49,103 nt of DNA, taken from a virus. Taxonomy: Duplodnaviria; Caudoviricetes. Below, piece after piece: positions 7,293-14,593 of the stretch. Made by a program: the position numbers and the translations under genes. The DNA lies in the IMG/VR virus record IMGVR_UViG_3300012971_000025, positions 1 through 49,103 of that record. One strand, given 5' to 3'. The notes under the pieces were generated by a model, which saw only the letters and a list, made by a program, of their open reading frames with translations, did no database searches and was not told the DNA's origin. The stretch's first letter is position 1. Each line of letters starts with the position of its first letter.

Positions 7293-10200
7293 TGCTGACC
7301 GCCGCCCAGCTCGATGAGCTGACCGATGACCAGTGGGACGCGGAGCTGATCCTCCAGTACCTGGAGTGGAAGGCGAAGGGCGGCGGGCTGCTGGACCTCG
7401 GCCCGCCGGGGTCGGCCAAGGCCGACGGGTCGCTCGCGGCGGCGAACGAGGCGGCGTGGCCGATCGTGGAGGCGAGCCCCCGGTTCAAGGCGCTGGGCCT
7501 GTCGGTGCTGGACGCGCGGATGAGCGCGGAGGCTGTCCCGCCGAGGCGGGCTGGGGGTACAGTCCCGGCCGTGAGCAGGGCGTACGTGGAGGCCCAGCAC
7601 CCGCGCGGCCCAGGCGGCCGGTGGGTGGAACTGTTCCACGGCACCACACTGGGCAAGGCGCAAGACGCTAAGGCCAACGGCCTGACATCGAAGGGCTACG
7701 GCCGCGAAAGCGGCTACGAGCACCCGACGCTTACCACCGACCGGGCCTCGGCGGAGCGGTACGCCCACGACGCTGCCGAGTACACCTCGCCGCCGGGGCA
7801 GCCACCTCGTGACCGGCCGGCTGTTGTCACGGTGCGCGTCCCGGCCGACCAGGCGGCGGAGTACCTGGAGAGTCCCGCCGCTCCTGTGACCGGGCTGCGC
7901 AAGCCGCTGCCGGCGAGCATGACTCACGCGGTGGATGAGGTGCGGCCAGGCGGCCGGTGGGTGGACCTGGGCATGGGCGACGACATGGACGCGCTGCTGA
8001 AGTCCGAGTTCCGCCCGCAGGACCTGGAGGCCCGCCGGGTGAAGCACCCCCGCTCGGGCTACATGGTGGAGGCGGGCCACGCCCGCAGCGTCCTCCAGCC
8101 GGCCAGCACCGAGCACGGGAACGAGAGCCTGGGCACCGAGGGCCCGCCGCTGTTCAAGGTCACCGACTACGGCGACCCGACCCAGCCGGGGCACAACTCG
8201 CTGCTGTACCCGAAGGACGCGGGCACTGAGCCGATCGCCGACGTGTACCGGGGGATGACGCAGGCCGAGTGGGAGCAGGCGCAGCAGCGCGGCTACATCG
8301 AGTCCGACCGGCGCGGCGCGATCTCGGACCTGGAGGGGACGAACGCGGCGGCTGACCCGCGTGACGCGGTGTCGTACCTGCCGACGGGCAAGGGTGTGCT
8401 GGCGAAGATCAGCGTGCGGCCCGAGGACAAGTGGTTCACGATCAGCGCGGACCCGTATCTGCGGACGCGGCGGCGCATCCCGCTGGACCGGGTGTCGCAC
8501 GCGGTGGAGTTCGAGCGGGGCGGCAAGTACGACAACGAGTTCCGCGCCCGGCCGGTGCGAGCCGGTGCGCCACCGCAGCCTGCGGCCAGGGCGGAGATCG
8601 ACTACCCGACGGCGCTGGCGATAGCGCGGGCGGTGATTGAGGTGGCGCGGGGCGCGGTGGACGGCGCGTCGCTCGGCGAGGCGGCCCGTGGCGCGGACGC
8701 GGTCGCGGCGGAGCTGGCCCGGCTGGGGCACTGGGACCCGCGCAAGCACCCGCGCATCGGCCACGGTGAGCACGGCGGCCAGTTCGCGAAGGTGCCGCAT
8801 GATGAGCTGCCGATGGGGTCCACTGGGCGCAAGCCGGTGACGCACCTGGGCGCGGCGGCTGTCGCCGCCGAGTCCTTCCGGGACCTGCTGAAGCCGGGCG
8901 AGCGGCTGCTCACCCCGCAGGAGATCGTGGACCGGGCCCCGCCGAAGGAGGGGGAGACCCCGGAGCAGTACCAGGACCGGCTGGAGCACGAGCCGCCGCC
9001 CGGGATCATCACCCGTGAGCCGGTGACGCACCGGGGCAAGCCGGATGACTGGACGATGTCTGAGCTGGCGAAGCTGGCGCAGGCGGCCAAGCCGGACGAC
9101 CCGGAGTACCAGGCGCTGAGGCAGGCGAACGAGGCGTACGCCAAGGGCGGGTACCGGCGGGCGATCGACAACCTGAACACGGCGGCGCGGGAGATCCTGG
9201 CCAGGCCGGCCCCGGGGCCGCTGGAGCACAGCGCCGACGCGCTGCGTGCGGAGGACGTCCGCACGTTCGCCGCGATGGTCGAATCCCAGCATGAGGCGGG
9301 GCCAGCCGGCGACTGGCTCCCGAAGATGGCCGATGAGATCGACCTGGAACGGGACCTGACCCACGGCGTCGCCGGCCGGGCCACCGACGACGCGGCGGTC
9401 ATCGGTGACACCCTCGGCTCGGCGGCCCGCGACATGAGAGCGGCCCGCTATGACGACGCCATCGCGAAGCTGCGGGCGGCGGCGTCGTACCGGACCCACC
9501 AGGAGGACTACAAGGGCGAGGCCCGCCTGACGATGATGGCGGCCCGGCTGGAGAAGGACTACGGGTCCAGCGCCAGGCTGGAGAAGGCGACGCAGGCGTA
9601 CGTCGCCAAGGGCTCGGACGCCGTGCCCGACCTGTTCGGCGGCGGGCAGGAGATGTGGGACGGGCAGGTGGAGCTGAAGCCGGACCTGGGCACCGGGTAC
9701 TTCGGGCTGCCGACGGCCGCCGACATGTCCTGGGACGGGCACATGCGGATGACCACCGACACGGCCCAGCACATCCAGGACAAGGTCAAGGGCGGCGGGG
9801 AGATCAGCGACACGGGGTGGCTGGACATCCCGCTGCACGAGCTGATCCACGGGCTGCACGACGGCAAGCGGATGGAGCAGGAGCAGGGCCGGCTGGCGTC
9901 GGGCCGCACCCAGCGCGACGACGCGATCCTGGACGCGTTCCACCGGCTGGACCTCGCCGGGCCCAGCGGCACCGGCACCCCGCTGGGGCACCACCTCGAT
10001 GACATCCAGCAGACGCTGGGCCGGGAGAAGCTGCCGCAGTCGATGGCGATGGAAGGCACCGGGGCCACCCAGGCCGACATCGACTCGCTGGTCAAGCGCG
10101 GGTTCCTGGAGTGGACCGGCACCTCGTCATCGACGTACGGGCCGGACGGGAAGGTCACCGAGCACGGCCGGTCGTGGAAGCGCACGGCCAAGGCGGTGCA

Positions 10201-11356
10201 GACCGACCCGCAGGGCATCGAGCCCTACGACCTGGACATGAGGGCCTACGCCGACTCTGCGGGGGCGCAGGCGATCGAGGAAGGGTTCACCGAGCTGGGC
10301 ACTGTCCAGCACGCCCCCGGCTGGTTCACCAAGGTCGGCGTCGGCGGCCGGCGCACGCCGCTGATCGCGCCGGCGGCCGGGTGGAAGGGGAACGTGCCGG
10401 GCCCGGCGGTGAAGCGGCGGGTGACCGGGAAGCTGACGGAGCTGTCCGCCCAGACCGGCGACGGGTGGGTGAAGGAGTCGCTGGCCGCGTGGAAGAAGGG
10501 CGACGTCAGCCTGGCGCAGTTCAAGCTGTCCGAAGGGCGGAACCGGGCGCTGGGCAAGGACTGGGTCACTGAAGCTGACCAGATCCTGGACGTGATGGCG
10601 CGGCGGCCGAAGGAGAACCCGCAGTGGGAGCGCAAGCGGGCCGCGCTCCAGCAGCGGCTGTCGCTGGAGGCGACGAAGATCAGCGGCCGGATGACCGACG
10701 TGCAGACCGGCCTCGGCATGGCGGGTATGGACCTGACGTCCGGGCAGCGGCAGACGCTGGATGACATGGCGCAGCTTCAGCGGCTGGAACAGGCGATGGC
10801 CCGGGCGGCGAACGACCTGGAGTACGGCGACACCGACGGTGCGCTGGAGGAGCTGGGCCAGCTTCAGCACAGCGGCGACGCGGCGCTGGCCGATGACGCG
10901 GTGTCACTGGGTGATGATCTTCAGGCGCTGATCGAGACGCCGTACTCGAAGCGGCTGACCCTGGCCGAGTACGCCCGCCGCCGCGACGACCGGGACAAGA
11001 TCCTCGCCGGCGACGCGGGCAACGCGTACCCGGAGTGGACCAAGCAGGCGTATCTGTGGTGTGAGCTGGTGGCGCAGGCCGAGGGGAAGAAGGGCGCGGC
11101 GCTGCGGCGGCGGGTGCATGAGCTGGCCGACGAGGTGAACCGGGAGGGCCCGGGTCACAAGATCGACGTGATGACGGATCAGGTGCTGCGGCTGCCGCAT
11201 TCCGACGTGTGGGGGCGGCCGGGGATGCTGGCGCATATCCGCGACACGTTCCGGTCTGAGGGGGCGCAGTCGGCGTTCGAGGGGGCGTACGTCCGCGCGG
11301 TGCCGCCGTCGGACCCCTATCACGAGACGCTGATAAAGAAGTACCGGGGGTGGTGA
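7289..11356 (+). CDS. tagged large polyvalent protein 2 (1355 aa): two ADP-ribosyltransferase-like domains and a zincin metallopeptidase
   Basis: LFHGTT...GL...LTTDRASAERYA; VYRGM...IPLDRV; HELIH...EEGFTE; tags YVEAQHPR and WDPRKHPR. Confidence 0.75.
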   Translation: MMLTAAQLDELTDDQWDAELILQYLEWKAKGGGLLDLGPPGSAKADGSLAAANEAAWPIVEASPRFKALGLSVLDARMSAEAVPPRRAGGTVPAVSRAYVEAQHPRGPGGRWVELFHGTTLGKAQDAKANGLTSKGYGRESGYEHPTLTTDRASAERYAHDAAEYTSPPGQPPRDRPAVVTVRVPADQAAEYLESPAAPVTGLRKPLPASMTHAVDEVRPGGRWVDLGMGDDMDALLKSEFRPQDLEARRVKHPRSGYMVEAGHARSVLQPASTEHGNESLGTEGPPLFKVTDYGDPTQPGHNSLLYPKDAGTEPIADVYRGMTQAEWEQAQQRGYIESDRRGAISDLEGTNAAADPRDAVSYLPTGKGVLAKISVRPEDKWFTISADPYLRTRRRIPLDRVSHAVEFERGGKYDNEFRARPVRAGAPPQPAARAEIDYPTALAIARAVIEVARGAVDGASLGEAARGADAVAAELARLGHWDPRKHPRIGHGEHGGQFAKVPHDELPMGSTGRKPVTHLGAAAVAAESFRDLLKPGERLLTPQEIVDRAPPKEGETPEQYQDRLEHEPPPGIITREPVTHRGKPDDWTMSELAKLAQAAKPDDPEYQALRQANEAYAKGGYRRAIDNLNTAAREILARPAPGPLEHSADALRAEDVRTFAAMVESQHEAGPAGDWLPKMADEIDLERDLTHGVAGRATDDAAVIGDTLGSAARDMRAARYDDAIAKLRAAASYRTHQEDYKGEARLTMMAARLEKDYGSSARLEKATQAYVAKGSDAVPDLFGGGQEMWDGQVELKPDLGTGYFGLPTAADMSWDGHMRMTTDTAQHIQDKVKGGGEISDTGWLDIPLHELIHGLHDGKRMEQEQGRLASGRTQRDDAILDAFHRLDLAGPSGTGTPLGHHLDDIQQTLGREKLPQSMAMEGTGATQADIDSLVKRGFLEWTGTSSSTYGPDGKVTEHGRSWKRTAKAVQTDPQGIEPYDLDMRAYADSAGAQAIEEGFTELGTVQHAPGWFTKVGVGGRRTPLIAPAAGWKGNVPGPAVKRRVTGKLTELSAQTGDGWVKESLAAWKKGDVSLAQFKLSEGRNRALGKDWVTEADQILDVMARRPKENPQWERKRAALQQRLSLEATKISGRMTDVQTGLGMAGMDLTSGQRQTLDDMAQLQRLEQAMARAANDLEYGDTDGALEELGQLQHSGDAALADDAVSLGDDLQALIETPYSKRLTLAEYARRRDDRDKILAGDAGNAYPEWTKQAYLWCELVAQAEGKKGAALRRRVHELADEVNREGPGHKIDVMTDQVLRLPHSDVWGRPGMLAHIRDTFRSEGAQSAFEGAYVRAVPPSDPYHETLIKKYRGW
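7610..7965 (+). repeat. 20-nt direct repeat CCAGGCGGCCGGTGGGTGGA (7610-7629, 7946-7965) flanking ART-like module 1
   Basis: Identical copies read directly. Confidence 0.9.
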
Positions 11357-11628
11357 TGAGCGCACCGTGGCGCAGTGAGGACGGCCGCAAGGCTTACGAG
11401 GTCCTGAGCTGGGTCAACCAGGACCCGGCGGCCAGGGCGGCGCAGGGGATGGCCCGGCTGGACGCCCTGGCGGCCCAGGCGGAGACGACCAGGAGCCTGC
11501 ACGAGGTGCAGGACGTGGCGCGGGTGGTGAACCGGCTGCTGCCGGCGGAAGGCGGGACTGATGACGGGACTGGAGCCCGGGGCGCTGTCCCGCAAGAAGT
11601 GGGACCCGGGGAAGCACCCACGCGGTAA
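11356..11628 (+). CDS. small hypothetical protein
   Basis: TGATG coupling to the upstream stop; overlaps the next gene. Confidence 0.5.
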   Translation: MSAPWRSEDGRKAYEVLSWVNQDPAARAAQGMARLDALAAQAETTRSLHEVQDVARVVNRLLPAEGGTDDGTGARGAVPQEVGPGEAPTR

Positions 11629-13132
11629 GGGCGGCCGGTGGGCACGTAAGGCGGACGCGCTGGATCATCTGGCCGAGGCGCAGGACACACGCGGGCCTGA
11701 GGCCCGGGCGTCGGCGGCAGAGCTGCGGGCGGCGGCTCACGCGCTGCGGGCGGGTGCGCTGGACTCGGCCGACTGGCACATGGGCGTGGCTGAGGGCCAC
11801 GCGCGGGCGGTGCCCGGTGACAAGGCCCGCAGCACCTACCAGGAGATCGCCGCTCACCACACCGAGATCCGCAAGCACCGGCACGGCCGGCAGCGGCACG
11901 GGCTGGGTGCGGACCTGGCCCCGCTGATCGCGGGCGCGACGCATGGGCATTCGTTCGCGCCGACGATGCCGCTGTCCGGCCCGGGCAGCCCGTTCGGCAA
12001 GCACTTCTCGCACAAGGAGTACCTGGGAGGGTTGCAGTTGCTGGGTGCGATCCGGCAGGCGGCGCGGGGCCTCGGCTGGCTGCCCGAGGAAGGTGTCCTC
12101 GGCGGCCTGGAGGAGCTGGAGCGGTGGAACCCGTTTGAGAAGCGCCGCCCGCACGGCGCGGCCGGTGGTGGGCAGTGGGTGTCGGCGCTTGGCCCAGACC
12201 CGATAGAGGCGCACGCAGCCGACAACAAGGCCCGCGCCGCCGACCTGCGCAAGCAGGCCAACTGGGTGGGGATCTCCGCCGACGCGAAGGCGTTCAACGA
12301 CCAGGTGAACCAGCCGTACGGCCAGGGGAAGCCGCGCAGCGAGCTTAGGTCCCCGGCACCGGGGCTGCTGAGCGGCGCGGCCGATGACTTCGAGGCGGGC
12401 GACTACGCGGGCGCGGCGAGCAAGCTGGACCGGGCGTATGCGGAGACGCGGAAGCTCTACGACACGGCGCGGCAGTGGGGCGACTACGGCGGTAAGACCG
12501 AGCGGCGGGATCTCAAGCCGGCGCTGGCGGCGATAGCCGCGCACCGGGAGCGGGCGCACTGGGCGGCGGGGCACCTGCCTGATCAGCCCGCTATCGCGGC
12601 GATGGAGGCAGCCGCCGGGATGCGGTCGGCTCAGGAGTGGGTGGAGGCGCTGCACCCGCGTGACCCGCACGGCGAGTTCGCCCGCAAGCCGGGCGGCGGG
12701 CAACGGCCGCCCGTGCCGTTCATGCCGGCGCGGGAGCCGGCGCGGGAACCGGTCCCGTCGGTGGGTGAGCTGGCCAGCCAGGTGGGCCAGATGCGCCGCG
12801 AGTTCGAGGCCGAGCGGGAACGGATGCGCGAGGACCAGGCGCGGCAGATGCGGGCGGTCACCTCGGAGCTGCGGGCCGAGCAGTCCCGGCTGGGCGCACT
12901 GGCGAAGCAGACCGAGTCGGAGGAGCACCGCAAGGAGCTGGTCAAGACGGTGGCCCGGATGCTGGGGCTGGTCGCGGTCGGGCTGCTGATCCTCGCGACG
13001 GCGGGGGCGGCGCTGCCGCCGCTGGCTATCGCCGGGGTCGCGATGGGCCCGCTGCTCGGCGGCGAGGCGGTCATCGGTATCCACGCCTATGCGCAGTCCA
13101 GGAGGCACACCCGTGGACCCGTCAGCGCGTGA
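11561..13132 (+). CDS. tagged polyprotein 3: helical modules, coiled coil and C-terminal transmembrane hairpin
   Basis: Three tags (WDPGKHPR, WNPFEKRRP, WVEALHPR); hydrophobic C-terminus MLGLVAVGLLILATAGAALPPLAIAGVAMG. Confidence 0.75.
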   Translation: MTGLEPGALSRKKWDPGKHPRGKGGRWARKADALDHLAEAQDTRGPEARASAAELRAAAHALRAGALDSADWHMGVAEGHARAVPGDKARSTYQEIAAHHTEIRKHRHGRQRHGLGADLAPLIAGATHGHSFAPTMPLSGPGSPFGKHFSHKEYLGGLQLLGAIRQAARGLGWLPEEGVLGGLEELERWNPFEKRRPHGAAGGGQWVSALGPDPIEAHAADNKARAADLRKQANWVGISADAKAFNDQVNQPYGQGKPRSELRSPAPGLLSGAADDFEAGDYAGAASKLDRAYAETRKLYDTARQWGDYGGKTERRDLKPALAAIAAHRERAHWAAGHLPDQPAIAAMEAAAGMRSAQEWVEALHPRDPHGEFARKPGGGQRPPVPFMPAREPAREPVPSVGELASQVGQMRREFEAERERMREDQARQMRAVTSELRAEQSRLGALAKQTESEEHRKELVKTVARMLGLVAVGLLILATAGAALPPLAIAGVAMGPLLGGEAVIGIHAYAQSRRHTRGPVSA

Positions 13133-14264
13133 GCAGGTAGTGGCGAAGATGGCCACGCTGGTGGCCGCGATCACCGGGGTGGGCCAGGACCAGGCGCGGC
13201 AGGCGGCGGAGGAGCTGGTCGCGGCCGGCGAGGCGGAGCTGGCGGCCGGGGCTCTGACGCGGGCGTTCTGGAATCCGCGTAAGCACCCGCGTGTCCCGTC
13301 GGGGAAGGGCGGGGGCGAGTTCGCGAAGGTGGGGTTCGGTGGGCCGATCGTCCCGCAGTTCGACACGGCGAGGCCGTCGCGGGCGGAGCGGGAAGCGGAA
13401 GCGGCCAAGGCGTTCCCGGTGGGCACCAGGGTGTCCACCGAGATCGTCACAGGCGGCGGGACGCACACGGCGACCGGGACGGTGGTCGGGCACAAGCGCG
13501 GCCAGGTGCACATCAAGACGGACACGGGCGACGGGACGGTGTCGGCCGACCTGGGCAAGGTCAAGCCGGCCGGCCCGCTGGACCCGTTCTACAACGAGAT
13601 CCCCGAGACCAAGGGGCAGGTGCGGGTCCACGCCCCGGTGCCGTCGTCCGGCCGTGGCCGCCAGGACGACGCGGCGATAGCGGCGTGGCGCAAGGGCCAC
13701 CCGGTCGCGCCGCCGATCACCAAGGCCGAGGCCCGCGACGAGGCCCGGGCGGTGAGCGCGGATGAGTTCCAGTCGCTGGCGCGGGAGGGCCTGAACAAGA
13801 TCGGGGTGCTGAACGCACAGCGCCAGCCGATCAGGGGCCTGGACGACAACTGGGACAAGATCAAGTCTGGCGCGTGGGGCGAGGTGCAGAAGTCCTGGGG
13901 CGGTGCGACCTACGACGCCAAGACGGGTGCGCCGCTGCCGCAGGGCGCGAACCGGTACGCGCTGACGGTCAAGCCGAGGGACATGGAGACCGCGAGCGTC
14001 CCGGAGAGCGCGACCGAGGCCGAGTTCATGGCGGCGATGGACCGGGCGCGGGAGCAGTTCCGGGGCGAGCTGGAGAAGGGCCAGCGGTATCTGGGCGTGT
14101 TCCACGACGACGAGACGGGCCGGATCGACATCGACCCGGTGCTGGTCGTGGACTCGATGCATGACGTGGAGACGATCGGCAGCTATAGCCACGCGATCGG
14201 CGGGGCGTACAACTTCGCCGACGGTAACGGCTACTGGCCGCCGTACGTGGACCCGAACCTTTAG
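13113..14264 (+). CDS. tagged polyprotein 4: SH3/KOW-like domain + C-terminal alpha/beta domain
   Basis: GGAGG RBS at 13101 then GTG 13113; tag RAFWNPRKHPRVPSGKGGGEF; FPVGTRV...GTVVG. Confidence 0.75.
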   Translation: MDPSAREQVVAKMATLVAAITGVGQDQARQAAEELVAAGEAELAAGALTRAFWNPRKHPRVPSGKGGGEFAKVGFGGPIVPQFDTARPSRAEREAEAAKAFPVGTRVSTEIVTGGGTHTATGTVVGHKRGQVHIKTDTGDGTVSADLGKVKPAGPLDPFYNEIPETKGQVRVHAPVPSSGRGRQDDAAIAAWRKGHPVAPPITKAEARDEARAVSADEFQSLAREGLNKIGVLNAQRQPIRGLDDNWDKIKSGAWGEVQKSWGGATYDAKTGAPLPQGANRYALTVKPRDMETASVPESATEAEFMAAMDRAREQFRGELEKGQRYLGVFHDDETGRIDIDPVLVVDSMHDVETIGSYSHAIGGAYNFADGNGYWPPYVDPNL

Positions 14265-14270
14265 GCTGGG

Positions 14271-14453
14271 ATGATCATGGCTGATGACTTGGGGCAGAAG
14301 GTCCACTTCCAGGGGCCGGGCCAGTGGCGCACGCAGGCGGCTAAGGCCCAGCGGGGCACGCAGCCGCCTGACGCGGCGCTGGAGGTGACCGTGAACGAGG
14401 CCAGCCGGTCAGATGGTGCCGAGGAGCCCGAGGAGCCCAGCCCGGCTTCCTGA
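14271..14453 (+). CDS. small hypothetical protein
   Basis: Short ORF filling the gap after the cargo block. Confidence 0.4.
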   Translation: MIMADDLGQKVHFQGPGQWRTQAAKAQRGTQPPDAALEVTVNEASRSDGAEEPEEPSPAS

Positions 14454-14549
14454 CCCCCCAGGAGCCCCCTGACGGCCCCGTAGCGGGCCCTGGGGCATAA
14501 CCATGTGTCATTAGGTGGGTTTCCCACCCCAGGCCCTTAGAGGCCGTTC

Positions 14550-14574
14550 TGGCGTCGCGCCGTCCGCGACGCCA
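14550..14574 (+). terminator. perfect 10-bp hairpin (TGGCGTCGCG-CCGTC-CGCGACGCCA) followed by TCTTC
   Basis: Inverted repeat read directly; lies just before the GAGGAG RBS of the protease gene. Confidence 0.5.
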
Positions 14575-14593
14575 TCTTCACGAGGAGACCGTC

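Noticed and set aside
8039-8060. VKHPRSG as a 13th tag copy
   Set aside because: It lacks the leading aromatic-D/N-P and the trailing G-x-F/W; probably chance or degenerate.
6773-9994. Very long - strand ORFs (1073 aa here; also 31159-34179, 16532-18913, 18766-21126 and others)
   Set aside because: Antisense shadows of GC3-rich + strand genes: Arg/Pro/His-rich, no motifs, and stops are rare at this GC content.
5799-14264. MuF (gp7-like minor head) domain, expected after the portal
   Set aside because: I could not find a MuF-type HPNCRC-like motif in any of these ORFs; left uncalled pending an HMM search.
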